A stretch of DNA of 64,000 bases from Yuukianura sp. NJ FZ-2021. Lineage: Eukaryota. Shown in pieces: positions 12,538 through 24,632 of this stretch. Location of the stretch: positions 868,001-932,000 of the forward strand of contig CM102287.1 of assembly GCA_046563655.1 (NCBI GenBank), in the 5' to 3' direction. Each line of letters opens with the position of its first letter. Within the stretch, counting starts at the first letter, position 1. Below the pieces are notes generated by a model, which did no database searches, had not been told where the DNA came from, and saw only the letters and a program-made list of their open reading frames with translations. The position numbers and the translations under genes were made by a program.

Positions 12538-12834
12538 TCAAGCGTTTTTCTGGAACCCACAAGGAGCGTCACCCTTCCTCTTTGACCGCTTCTTTGATAC
12601 TGACTTGCGTCTGCCTTCACCCGTCTGGGACTTATCCCTTTTGGCTGGTCGTTTCTTGCCCGGTCCCTTCCTTTTTTTGCCCTTGGTAACCTTGACCTTC
12701 TTTTTGCCTTGACCTTTGACCTTTTTGCTTTTCTTGCGATTTGTGGGGCCCTGGAATTTTTGGAGTGGCACGTACGTAGTATCGGGGGTTGCGACTAATC
12801 CTCCAGATTGCGGAAAGGCATCTACTGCTGCCAT
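12538..12834 (-). CDS. Lys/Arg-rich core (pVII-like) protein, 98 aa
   Basis: Highly basic, with QSGG, GQG and QTGEG motifs resembling adenain cleavage sites; immediately upstream of the MCP. Confidence 0.6.
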   Translation of the reverse strand: MAAVDAFPQSGGLVATPDTTYVPLQKFQGPTNRKKSKKVKGQGKKKVKVTKGKKRKGPGKKRPAKRDKSQTGEGRRKSVSKKRSKRKGDAPCGFQKNA

Positions 12835-13245
12835 CACCTTTTGTAGCTTACAAACTCTATTTTTGCACACGACCTCTCGCATTCACCGTGCAGTGCAAAC
12901 TACTCGAGTGTCTTTTGACGACTGATGAGCGTTAAGATATGGTATGCCTTTATGACCCACCTCCAGGGGCGTCCGTACAGTGCGACAGACAAACGAAGAC
13001 TGAGGTCGGGAGGTGCACATGTGTTCTCAGCTCAGTGTCCAGCCAACTACTGGCGACCGTTTTGAAATTTGAGGAAATTTGGAAGCCTTGGCGACCGTTT
13101 TGGGGACGACAACTTTACGACATTCGCTTGGCGACATTGAACTTTTTGGAGCAACATTGAGCGTGTGGCGACAGTCAATCTGTAGCGACACTCAAATAGA
13201 CTGAATATTTTTTTAAAAATACACGAAAATTTCGGAGAGACAGCG

Positions 13246-13863
13246 TTAGCTTTCAAAGGGCGTAATTCTTCCGACAATAGCACGTCTACAAATTGGGCAT
13301 GACATTACTGCCGCTGCACAAGAGGAACAGCATGCCATGTGACAACAGGGAAGCAAAAGCGTATCCAATTCTCGTTCCATGCAAACCTTGCACATCTTTT
13401 CTGCTTTTAAGCATTGTAGAATCGTATTTAGCTTTTCGATGCACTCGCTCTGCATTTCCTTTGCTGCAATATTCTTGAGAACTTGTTCAATCTTTTCACA
13501 CACGTCTTCTCGCGAAGTTGGTTCAATGGGAATATTTATATCTTTAACGCCACGAATCAGAGGGCAGGACCCGTTGAATCGTCTGTGCTCAGTTTTAATG
13601 TCGTCTCCAATTATAAAGTCACCGAGAATAATGGAACAAAAGAAGCAACGAACCATATCGGCACGGCCAAAGTAGTAAAAGCCTTCTCGTGCCATTTCGT
13701 GAGGAGTAATAAATGAATGTGGCCAGACATGCGGAGGCGCAAAAAATGTTTCCAAGCGCTTTTTTTCAGATACATATAGAGATGGTGCACGGCTTATTGT
13801 AAACGAATAGAGTGGTCGATTTGGAGGTACGTTGCTGACGAGGTTGTGGTCATGTTGTGACAT
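13246..13863 (-). CDS. Inhibitor of apoptosis (single BIR + C-terminal RING), 205 aa
   Basis: RLETF..WP..MAREGFYY.G..DMVRCFFC..EHRRFNGSC (BIR); CKVCMERELDTLLLPCCHMACCSSC..CPICR (RING). Confidence 0.9.
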   Translation of the reverse strand: MSQHDHNLVSNVPPNRPLYSFTISRAPSLYVSEKKRLETFFAPPHVWPHSFITPHEMAREGFYYFGRADMVRCFFCSIILGDFIIGDDIKTEHRRFNGSCPLIRGVKDINIPIEPTSREDVCEKIEQVLKNIAAKEMQSECIEKLNTILQCLKAEKMCKVCMERELDTLLLPCCHMACCSSCAAAVMSCPICRRAIVGRITPFES

Positions 13864-13867
13864 GGTT

Positions 13868-14932
13868 TTATTCGCGGGAGCGTATATGTAGCGTAATAAT
13901 TGTGTTGCTTCCTTTGACTTCGGTGATTGGGTTGAGAAACTCGTCGACCAACTGAATGTGCGCAGACTCGATGCGGCTCCTTTTAAGCGGAAAGTAGACT
14001 CGCTTGGGGATTTTTTTCGCGACAAATCCAGTAGTGCCCTTATCTTGCAGAAACGCACCAATAATCGAGGCTTGTTTATTTCCAAATTGACTAAACGACG
14101 CAATGTCTGACAAGATGAGTAGACATCGTGATTCTACTCCAAGGTCGATGCTTGCAACCGAGTCGAGCTCCATGTGGGTCCCTTGAAAAACTGTGGTTGG
14201 TGGAATGCCAAATGTACTATTCAAAAGCGGAGAAAATGTCGTCATGTAGTTGTGGCCCAGTTCCATGTTATACTTTAACTTTTGGTCCTTGTACTCAAAT
14301 TTAATTTTAAACTTGGCCATTTGCTTGTTGATTTCGGCTAACAGACCGTCTACCGTCTTTTTCGCTGGTTCGTTCACAGAAGCCTTGTTGACCTTGTCGT
14401 TGTAAAAAATAAATTTCATGGGTACATTCGGATCAATTTCATCAAATGCAACTTCACTAAACGCTCCTCCGTTGGTAGTTCCCTTTTTAAAAGTTGTCTG
14501 GTCAAACCCAAATGCTTTAGCGTAGACTTCTGTGACTTGAATCAAATCATCGGGTTCATTGTTGATGAAAACATAGTGATGAGAAGCGTATCCAATCTCC
14601 ATTTTCTTGCCGTAGTGCTTCGCTTGCGAGTTGACAACCGACATCATGCGCAAAAGATTTGCCGCCTTTTGGATATTCATTGTGGATTCTAATCGCTCTT
14701 GTACTACAATTATGTTGTCATCCTTTGTGTGGCCAAAAATGTTCCTGATCGTATCCGGCGGGGGTTCATAAAACAAGTCCACTACGGCGACCTCGAGGGG
14801 ATCTTTGGTTACGTCAAGGGCATCTGTAAACTGTGCTCTAAAATCGTTTGAAGTGTTGGCAGGGTAAATGTCATTATTCAGTTTTGTAGAAAATCCACAC
14901 CAAATTGACGTCAGGGGTTCTGCTGCCATCAT
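13868..14932 (-). CDS. Polinton minor capsid protein (penton-like), 354 aa
   Basis: YPANTSNDFRAQF..LEVAVVDLFY at the N-terminus; LILSDI..QFGN..YFPL..IQLVDE..IITLHIR at the C-terminus. Confidence 0.75.
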   Translation of the reverse strand: MMAAEPLTSIWCGFSTKLNNDIYPANTSNDFRAQFTDALDVTKDPLEVAVVDLFYEPPPDTIRNIFGHTKDDNIIVVQERLESTMNIQKAANLLRMMSVVNSQAKHYGKKMEIGYASHHYVFINNEPDDLIQVTEVYAKAFGFDQTTFKKGTTNGGAFSEVAFDEIDPNVPMKFIFYNDKVNKASVNEPAKKTVDGLLAEINKQMAKFKIKFEYKDQKLKYNMELGHNYMTTFSPLLNSTFGIPPTTVFQGTHMELDSVASIDLGVESRCLLILSDIASFSQFGNKQASIIGAFLQDKGTTGFVAKKIPKRVYFPLKRSRIESAHIQLVDEFLNPITEVKGSNTIITLHIRSRE

Positions 14933-16038
14933 CCCACCTTGTTCAATTCTTCGTTTACAAATGAACCTATTGTCACAAGAAAATTGGAAGGTGTGCGCGG
15001 TCCGAAGGTCTGTACAAGACTAAAACTTACCCAGAATTGGCTCTCCGTCCAAGGCCGTCAGGTGGTAATATGGAACGTTGAAAATGTTTACCGACCTCAC
15101 CCTAAAAACCTCTTGGGTCCACCCCGCCCCTGCAGTCGGCTTTGTAAACGTGAGTCGGGCTTCGCTAATTCTGACAAGATCCCCAACCTTGAACTTTGGT
15201 AAAGGTTTACGCTGGGTGATTGTCTTGTGGTAAATGTTCCGAAAAACTACATCCGTATTGGTGGAATTGACGGCAGAGGGCGCCATCTAATAAGACTTGT
15301 GTTAGACAAAATTTCCCGTAAAGAAGATTAAGAATACCTTTATTGTTGAGTGATAGGAATCATTGTAGGATTTGACAATGCTGTCCCAAAACTGCAGAAA
15401 CACTCCCTTTTGTTTATATTGGTGCTGCATTCTGCTCAGCTTTACTCGGAGTTGCGCAATGAGCCGCTCACACATTGCACACTTGTTTTTTGAACGGACA
15501 GAATACAGTCGGATACCATGTGTCTCAAAAAACCCCTTTACACGAAAGTTGTAAAATTCCTTTCCCTAAAAAAGTTAACGTTATTAAACCGAGTAACTGA
15601 AATTTAGAAACGCCAAGAGGTACTCACCCGATCCGTCAAGACGAACGATGGATATCTATCGAGTCCACTAAAACACTCCTTGATTCCTTCCAAAACCGCG
15701 ACACCCCCCTTGTTTTTTAAAAAGGCGGTGCGCAAATAGCGCGAAAACATGTCCACGCAGATCAAAATGTACTTTATTCCCTTGTTTTTTCTACTCATAT
15801 TTTGAGTGCTCATAAGATCCATACCAAACGTATAATTTTGATATGGAATGAAATATTGCCTCTCCTTGTATCGCAGACGAACAGGCTTAAACATGGAGTA
15901 ACTTTCCACGGTGTTTAGTTTTTCACGATTTTGTTTTGAATTTTTGCGCCTAGTAGCGCGAATAAATTCAGGATATCCGGAAAAACTTCCGGGACCATCT
16001 AAATTTGTGTAATCTTGTTCAATGTTACCGGTCGCCAT
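14929..16038 (-). CDS. Polinton retroviral-like DDE integrase, 4 exons, 310 aa
   Basis: GPGSFSG, GMDL, YILICVDMFSRY, TDR|GKEFYN, CER, YNDSYHSTIK|MAP, FKVGDLVRIS, WTQEVF, EPILG|SFVNEEL. Introns 15566-15627, 15287-15337 and 14967-15030. The stop overlaps the penton ATG. Confidence 0.9.
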
Positions 16039-16117
16039 GTCTACACTGCTCCAGATCCAAACAACAACTGACTGAACATTGATTAAAACATCAAACTTTT
16101 ATTTGAACAAAACTGAA

Positions 16118-16956
16118 CTAACAACAAGTATTCTGAGTAGTACTAACACGGCGCCCGTATCTAGTAACGTAAACTCCATTTGAGTCTACGCGCCCAAGGC
16201 GCGCACGCGGAGGTGCGGGAAGGCGGCGAAGAGGCGTGACTTCAAGGACAGCTGGCACAGACACGACTCGCGGTGGGGACAACTGCAACAAGGCGGGAGA
16301 AGCTGGCTGCTGATGCACGAGAACTGCCGTCGACCCCTGCGCAGACGCAGCTACGGGCGGAGTCTCCCTGATCGCGCCAAGCTCTACATCAACAGAAGCT
16401 TCGGGACTAGAAGAAGGAAATTCTACAAAAAAAAAGTAGTCAAAGATTGAAAGAGTTTAAAATACTCATTAGAAATTTTAACTTACTGTGAGGATAGTAA
16501 GAGAAACCATTGTGGTTACAGAGTGGCATCATCCTAATTCTGCGCATGCGCAAGTTCCACTTGACCCTGCGCACAATCATCCTGCAAAAAACGCCAACTG
16601 CAAAACAAACAAACTTGAAACTTTTGTATTTTCAATTTTGAAAACTTTGTTTAAAACTTACGCATGACAACCAGAAACAGTCCCAACAGGCACAAAAGAA
16701 CGATGTTGGACGGTCGAGAAAGTGTTGAAGCCGGAGCATGCGCAGAAGCCAGAGAAAGAACCAAAGAGGAAGTTGTGGTAGTGGTGGTGGCAGATACAAA
16801 GGTTGGACATGTTCCAAGAGGTCCGACTTGGAACGGAACGCCACTGTCTCCCTGAACTGGAGAACAAAATGTCCCACTATGGACAATTAGAAAGTGGCAG
16901 CCACTGGCTACGCAGGCTCCGCAGTCGGTCGAAAGAGATGAGCAGAATGATGACAT
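16118..16956 (-). CDS. Single-pass membrane protein, 3 exons, 236 aa (Cys-rich N-terminus, Thr/Ser stalk, TM, polybasic segment, Pro-rich tail)
   Basis: Introns 16598-16661 and 16423-16486 join ORFs 16651..16956 and 16118..16318 in phase. TM IVLLCLLGLFLVVMLGVFC is followed by RMIVRRVKWNLRMRRIR. Confidence 0.65.
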
Positions 16957-17349
16957 GATGCGACAAATCCAGAAAACTCCAAGGCAGAATCCAAAATTTT
17001 CAAAAAAACGAGAGAGCGAAAATTGATGCGACTCTACTTCAAAAATCTGTCAGCCAATCAAACCTTCCGTTTCAGTTCCTTTTCATTCTTCTTGTTTTTT
17101 GATTTTTATTTCTCAAATTTCCAAACATTTCTCAAAAGTAACAACAAATCATCACCAAGGCATTTTTTTTCATCATATTTCGTTTTTTATTTTTCAAAAA
17201 ACCGCAAAACACTAATTAAAAACTAATTAAACTCTTAAACATACAGTGAGCATTGGAAAAAACGAAATATAAAAAGTTGCACAAAAGTGCAAAAAGAAAA
17301 ACCAAAAGTGCAAAAGTAAACGGGGTAGGGGGGGGGGGCACTCTCCACC

Positions 17350-20300
17350 CAACCCATTGACTGTCGGGGATTGAAGGGTCAATCCCAGACTAGTCAATGA
17401 CAACATCTCCGGAGACTTCCGTGAGGTAATGTTCACGTTCAAATCACCAGCCACAATTGTGCGTGTTCCTCCAAGCTCCCCCATAACGTCCGCAAGCGCA
17501 GAAGCCACCAAACTGAAATTGAAACGTGGTGACCGGTACAAGGCGATCACATTTGTGCCAGAAATATTAACACAGGCGAGGCTGCAAGTTCCGGTTCCAT
17601 GTTCAACGAATCTTGACGTGGCATGTCGAACTTGATCTACCACATTTTGCCTGATGTAAATTCTGGCCCCAAGTGGTCGCCTTTCAGTAGCACAATCGAC
17701 ACTACAGATTTTCACGTGATCTCCAATTGTGAAATTGTCTTCCGGAAGAGTCCATGTCTCCACAAAGAGAAGAATATCGCTCATTTTGTAAGTGGCATCA
17801 GAAGAATATATTGCGGAGTGCTTTGGCAATGACTGGACGTTGTGGTAAAAAAACTGCATTAAACCATCATCCCCTTTGTGAAGCGATTGAAAGATGGGGA
17901 CCAGCTTCATGGTTTCGTGACGTGCCATTTCCAAGGCGAGAGGACTTGTCGGTGAAAGTGGCTTAGGAGCCCTGAAGTCCCCCAGAATGTAAAGCCCACT
18001 GGCTTTCGTAGGTCGAGAACAGCCGACGTAGATCAAAGCTCGGGAAATGTGGCGGGTACGATCAATGTGTAGCACAGCACTGCAGAATATAAATTGATGT
18101 TAAAGTTTTATTAGTTTCGGTAAGTAACTAGACACACTTACGCTGCGCAAGTTATTCCTTGACTTTTGTGAATTGTAATCGCTTCCGCGGGAACTATAGG
18201 AAATTGTTTTCTTATAATCTTGATGCTAGCATTCTTCTGGTGTATTTCTTGCATAAGTAGTTCCAGCGGTGTCCAAGTATACTCCACTCCTAAATTTTCT
18301 ACAATCGATTCATACCGCCGTCGTAATTGCAGCCCACTTCGTGGATCTTCGAATTCTAACCACAGTCGAAGTGGGATGCGGTTGTTTGGATCTTGTACCG
18401 CGACACCAAGGTCAATTCGTCGTAGAATTCCTGTCTCCCCATTCACTAATCCATCGGAACAGTCCACATTAGCTGTCATCATGTATCTGGCGTTAATTTT
18501 CTATTGAAGTTCTAGAGGAAGGCCCATAGTTTCGTTCAACGGTTTCGTCTGAAACCTTTGCAGAAGACGGACTTTTGACGATTGTGGGACATCTCCTCGA
18601 ACACAGTCGCTAGCTCTACTGATAATCAGCTCTCCTGGCATCTGTTGGAGGAACATTTCATTGAATGCGTTCACTGCCGCATTCGTTTGAAAAAAGTGTA
18701 TTGGTCTGAGTTCGGCCACTTCGGATGGTAGAGTGTCGTAACACCTTCCCCGCATCAGCGTCTTGTCGTCTTCAGTCATAATTCCTCTGGCTGAATTATT
18801 TAGTGCCACAGCAAACGCAATATCTTCACTTGTCGCATGATTATGGTCAACTCATGCACAAGAAAATGATGCCATAGTGGCCGACAAAATAATGAACTAA
18901 TGGAGTTGCTCATTGTCCCGTGAGTCAACGGCACAGCCAGAACTGGGGGTAGTTGGTAGAAGTCACCGACAGCAATGAATGAGATTCCCCCGAAAGGTGC
19001 AATTGGTTGAAACAAATCTCTCAGGCGTTTGTCAACTTGCTCCAGTAAGTGTTCTCCCACCATACTGATCTCATCACATATCACAATCTTTAAATTAGAA
19101 ATTTTAGTTAGATTCAGTAAATTAGATTCAGCTAACAACAAAAAATATATGTAGGAATCTGATACCTTCAGATCCGAGTAAGTTGAAGCCATCGTATTGG
19201 AAACATCAGCCGAAAGGGTGCCAGCTTCACGCTGGTTCACAGGTAACTGAAATGCTGTGTGCAGAGTGGAGCCTCCAATATTGAAAGCCGCTTTCCCAGT
19301 GTGAGCGACAAGGAGGACACAGATTTTGTCCGGATTACGATTGAGGTCAGAACCAAAAATTCGGACCAATCCTTGGAAGAGTGTTTTGATGACATGGGAG
19401 TTGCCCACACCGGCACCTCCCTTCAAGTTGATGTGAAATGCTGAACCTTCTTTTCTGTTCACGTGATCGAAGGTGTGGTAAACCAAGTCTCGCTGTTCAT
19501 CGTTCAAAGAAGCTAGGAGCGACCAGTACTCATCATTCGACGTCAACTGCGGATTCTTGAAATTCTCTGCAAATGGCCGTCTTTCGTATAAACCGAAATC
19601 AACCGCATTTGCCCCAGATGCATCTTCCAGTCGATACTCACGCAGCTCATCCACGGAAGGCTGGTTCTCATCCAACTCAACTTGATCTTCTGGTGGCCTT
19701 GTCAGCAACTCTTCCATGGCAGCATCAAGTATGCAGTCGTCAAAAAATTGAACTCCTTTCTGTTGCTGGTTATCAAGTCTAAGTTTTCCGCAACAATTTT
19801 CTAACAGTTAGTATCTTCTCCACATTCCTGTTCCTCATTTCTCCATGGTTTGTATAGCATCAGGAGTTCTCTGAAGAAGTTGTCTGGATCCTTTTCCTTG
19901 TTATAACGGACAAAGCGGATTACCTTTGCAAATTTCCTTTTACGTACATATCCAGACCCGTCCCGTAATTTGTAAACTTCAGTTCCCATTTCTTCTGGAG
20001 GTGGTGCGTCATTCTCTTCGTCTAGATCGCCAATCTTTCGTCTTAATGTTTTTGAAAACTCAAACCAGGCGGAGAATTGGGCAAGATTTAACGACTCCAA
20101 TGCATATGGCCGCTGAGCGTAATGATCAGTTGGACTAGAAAAGAAAATATTTTCGTCATCGGGGTCCAATTGGGATAGATCGGCCTGAGACTTCAACATT
20201 CTTGTACGATGGCTGGCAGGACCAGTCTGGACAAAGACACACTTTTCTGAAGAGCAGCTCATTGGCATTTGAAGTACATTGTAAGCAGCTTCTTGAGCAG

Positions 20301-22666
20301 ACAATTCGCTGTTCAAATTATGAGCTGCTCCAATGGTCTGCAGACTGTCTTTGAGAGACGTATTTCCTTTTCTTACTTCATCCACAACGTTCCTCATGAG
20401 CTCGGAAAGCCCACGATTACTTTTGTTTATGTAGTCCACAATGTAACTGCAACATGCGTAAGGATCCAGAATAAATTGTATGTCCATGTTGGACTTCTGC
20501 AGTCGTAGAATCTTCTCGTTGTAGGCATTAATATATATGTCACACGGGCTTCTCTTGAGATATACATGAGGCTTCTTCAGTTTGGATTGAATTACTCTTA
20601 AATACAACGGAAGATCACAAGAAATCGCATCTAGAAAATCGTCAAACGACATTCCTCGGTCAGGCATCTGATTTTCCAAGAACTCTCGATAACTTTGTGT
20701 TGTAGCTTGAGATCTTTGAAAGCTGATGTATCTTCTAAGGGCAAAAGAATCCGAGTTTTGTCCATTGGGAAAAAAGGAATACCGAAGCGACATTTCACTC
20801 CCTTGTGCGTCCTTTTGTAGCAAGTATGTGTATGTCGATGGGTTTGGAGCGATAATAAACCATTGATTGGATCTTCAGAAGTGTAGTTCGTACTGCAAGT
20901 TATCATACTGTCAATAAAAATCGTCACGTCATCATGAGAAGCCTTCTCCGAGTTGAAGATTGGTGCGTCGGAGAGCCAAAACATGGCATGGACATGAGGA
21001 CTTCCCCGGTGCTGGAATTCCACTCTCTCGTAAAAGTGTCGTATTTCATGGGTACCAAAAGGCCCATTTCGGAAGCGGTAAGTTGCCTTCAGTGCGGAGT
21101 AACGATTGTCAAAATAACGTGCGCAAGTGATCGGATCGCGTTGAATGAAAAGCGCCTTTTCAGGATGCGGCAACTGCTCGGCTGCCTCTTCAGAGATTTC
21201 AACGCCATCCAGAATTTTCTTCAGTAAAACAAGTAACTTGTTCCATTTCATTTCTGCGGCGCTGATTGTTAAAACAAAGTAGCGATCCCAAAGGTACGAA
21301 TCATTGCCCGAACTTTGTTACCCTCGTTCTTCCAGTTAGTTCCTGCGTTTCTAATTCCTGCCAGAACTTTATAAGCGTTATCGTCCCTGACGAGTCCATC
21401 GACGTAAGTCTGGTGCAAGACTTGTCCAGCCGTTGGAATTATAAGCTCCCCGTTTACTCTTCTTTTCCTCAAATGTATGGTGCGATTACTTGTAATCCGT
21501 GCAATTTCCAGAGTCTTTGCCATGAACAGCAAAAAATCCACTGACTCTGCCGCTCGTCGGTCCTTGTTTCTAGCAAAGGACTTAAACATATCAGCTCTTG
21601 AGATTTTTTTGCCAGCATACATAGGGTTCAACTTTTGTCCCGCAAACAGTTGAGGAAATGCTAGAAATACAGCATCTTCATCCAGTATAACAGAAACAGG
21701 ACGATGTCCTTCTGCAGGGGCCATACGAATTCCAGAGGTGTCCGTCAACATAGTTTCGTTCGCAGTAGATTCCTCGTAATTGCCGTCCGGTGTTGATTCG
21801 TTCGTGATTGTTAGCGAAGTTTCAAGTTGTCTTTCCAAGCTCAAGTTGGTAGAAGTTACTTCTCGCTCGGAATCCACCAGCCACGATTGTGAAACTGTCA
21901 CACCATGTTGCAAATACAAAGGAGATCTGCATAAAACTTTAGCAGCGTCGAGTATTTTTTGTGGACGTATGTTTCCAGACGTGTAGTTTTTGTCCACATG
22001 CATCTGACGGGCAAGCCGAAGATGAATGACCGCATCATCGGAAAGTAGACGTGGAAGACTTTGAACAATATTAGGTACTGATACAGGAACGTTGACGATA
22101 CGCCCCTTAGTCTTCAATTGACCTAAACACAAAGGGCAATATAAATAAACAAAATCCAATGATGCAGATTTGGAATTACCTTGTTGTCCTTGTACGGCCC
22201 AGATTGCCTGAAACACGTGATAAGGGGAAACTAGACGGGCTTCCAACCGGGTCAGCGACGATACTTCAGTTGGTACAGAGATGAACTGGAGACCATTGGT
22301 TAAAGCTAGCCGAGAGCTACGACCTGATTTCACCGCCGCATAACATGTGATACAAAAGTCTCCTTCTAGGTCATCATAAGAAAACACAATGTTCAGAAAG
22401 TTTTCATCACACTGAGCACAATCTGAGCGTCGTAGGTGCTTAATTGATTTCTTAAACCACAGACCACCGCAGCAGAGACAAGTGGTCGAGGGACCTTCTC
22501 TGCAGCTGCCTTCGAACATCTCAACGACGGACTCCCAGGTTCTATCTTGAAACTGAGCTCGAAAGTTGCGATGAGCCTCGGAGTAAAGAGCTTGTTCTTG
22601 CCGACGGCGGCCATCGTCCAAATTTTGGCGCAGCTCATGCACATAATATACTTCCAATGTTGCCAT
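17350..22666 (-). pseudogene. Helentron RepHel-endonuclease (HUH Rep + PIF1 helicase + APE-like endonuclease)
   Basis: EFQHRGSPHVH (HUH), DPYACCSYIVDYINK (Y2), GGAGVGNS (Walker A K->N), DEISMV, GDFYQLPPV, TIHKSQG, HNVQSL..ETW..YRSP..GDLNVN. Several frameshifts and short introns. Confidence 0.9.
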
Positions 22667-23596
22667 GACAATGCCGTAGCATACACAGGGTGAAATAACT
22701 TCAAAATAGTGTTGTTGAAATTAAACTGTTGAAACTCAGTAAGGAACATTCACATAATGTATAGTGAATGTTCAAATGACAATGCAGTAGTAACAAAGAA
22801 CGTAAGCCAAACGGCATCAAAATATTGATATCGAAATTAAGCTTTGCGCATGATGCACAAAATTGAACGCTGATGAGGATGTGTCGATTATCCATTCTTC
22901 TAAATCGAAATCGGTTAATGAAAATGCATAGATTTTAAGTTAAGTTAGTTTAGGTTAGGCCTATTTTAAGTTAAATTAAGTTATTGAGCCGAACATCGTT
23001 TGTTTATAATTAAAATTATAACAGTCTTCTTCAGCATGTCGAAGACATGCGTCTCCAGAAGGTAAAACTGATCAAAAGATAAAACTTTGATAAAACAATA
23101 AAACAATAAAACAAAGATAAAATAAAACAATAAAACAAAGATAAAACTTTGACTAACAGAAGACTAAAAATTTCTAGTAAATGCAAATTTGACCCCTGTT
23201 ATTCACTATTCACACCTTAAACATTTAAGCCGGATTTTCTACCCTCTGATAAGTCTTCATTTAACAACGTAATTCAACATACTGCCAGAAAATGATCAGA
23301 TCAAAACTCCGTTGTTTATAAATACTTTGAGTGCAATCGAAACCAAAACAGGTTTGCGGAGCCACGATACTGCGGGTACGTAAAGTAGCCGCCTACTTAT
23401 ACATTGTTAATGTATGAGTTTGAGTGCAATGTAGAACTACTAAAAACACTTGAGCCGTAGATAACCCCCCGACTGCGATGGAGCTAATGTTTCAGTGGAA
23501 AGTGTTCTAAAAAACGTTACGGACAGACGGACGGACGGACAAAGTCGTATCAATAGTCTTCTTCAGCACTTCGTAGACGTGCGTCTCCAGAAGACT
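17350..23596 (-). mobile_element. Helentron (Helitron2-type rolling-circle transposon), 3'-truncated and decayed
   Basis: Rep-helicase-APE coding region plus a HINE-type 5' end (TT, subTIR AGTCTTCTGGAG, partial IR, GTCC microsatellite) in the same orientation. Confidence 0.75.
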
Positions 23597-23689
23597 AAAA
23601 TGCGCAATTCAACGTTTATGTATCTCTGGTAGTCATAAGTGTGCAACATGCACAAAATTGAGCGTTGAGTGGAACTTATAGAAATGTCT

Positions 23690-24588
23690 AGTACATGCAA
23701 ATTTGACCCTTGTCATTCACAATTCACATAGTAATCATTTATGCCGGATTTTCTACCCTCTAATGAGTAGTAATTTAACAACGTAACTAAACATAATGTC
23801 AGAAAATGAGAAGATCAAAACTTCGTTGTTTAAAAATATTTTGAGTACAATGCAGACCTAATACAAAAATTTTTAGGACTTAAGAAACTGCAACGCGAAG
23901 CAGCCGCGTATTCTGACGTTGCTAAAGTAACACTTTGTGTAGGATAAGTTGGCATTTATATTTTTTAGTTAAGATTAACTTTAAGTTTCCCGCCCTTCAA
24001 AACGAAAGGTCAGTTTTCCATGAGACTCTGTGGGGCTATAGGTTTAAGTATTTAGAGTTTCCCCTATAAGTTATAGCTTCGCCACAAGTCGCGTTTGTAA
24101 GTAGTGGGTGGAGATAGGGTGCGTCGGTTAGCGTCTGGCGTCTGGCCTTCGGCTATTCTGTGTTTTCTTCTCTCCCTCTTTTGTGTGTCCCCATAAGGAT
24201 AAGTATAAGAAAAAGACAAGATTCAGAGATTGAAGAGGCAACACATATCCTAAGTTTCTAAGTTGTCATTAATTGGATTAATTGGTAAAGAATACTAATA
24301 AACTAGTAAAACTAACATCCACCACAGCCCAATCGATCAGTCCATTTAGCAGCGTTTGAGAGCCGGCCAAGTTACAGAACTCCCATTGATGTGGCGTAAA
24401 GAACGGGTAGTTTTTTAGCGCCATATTCTACACTTTGAGTGCAATGTAGACGTACTAAAAACACTTGAGCCGTAGATAACCCCCCGCCTGCGATGGGGCT
24501 TATGTTTCAGTGGAAAGGATCCTAAAAAAGGTGACAGACGGACGGACGGACAAAGTCGTATCAATAGTCGTATCAATACCAGAAGACT
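23690..24588 (-). repeat. DINE-1/HINE-like non-autonomous Helentron fragment (contains a solo LTR)
   Basis: Homologous to 23170-23596, 30130-30544 and 38440-38866; GACG microsatellite and CAGAAGACT end. Confidence 0.7.
23938..24432. mobile_element. Solo LTR (495 bp)
   Basis: TGTAG...CTACA termini with 5-bp TSD CTTTG (23933-23937, 24433-24437); splits a HINE copy cleanly. Confidence 0.8.
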
Positions 24589-24632
24589 AAAACTAGGTTT
24601 TAGGCAACACAGGGTTTCGTATTTGCAAACGT

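Larger units (their letters stand above)
228..16956 (-). mobile_element. Polinton/Maverick-like (adintovirus-like) endogenous viral segment, intron-containing; termini not resolved
   Basis: Clustered pPolB, DDE integrase, penton-like and hexon-like capsid genes and a basic core protein, mostly on the minus strand. No TIR/TSD, packaging ATPase or adenain protease seen in the window. Confidence 0.85.

Noticed and set aside
13864..14103. 80-aa N-terminal extension of the IAP
   Set aside because: It overlaps the penton C-terminus and starts at TTG; the ATG at 13863 fits better.
16980..17350. Right TIR of the left Polinton
   Set aside because: No AG-type terminus, partner repeat or TSD is visible, and I saw no similarity to the 51005 TIR.
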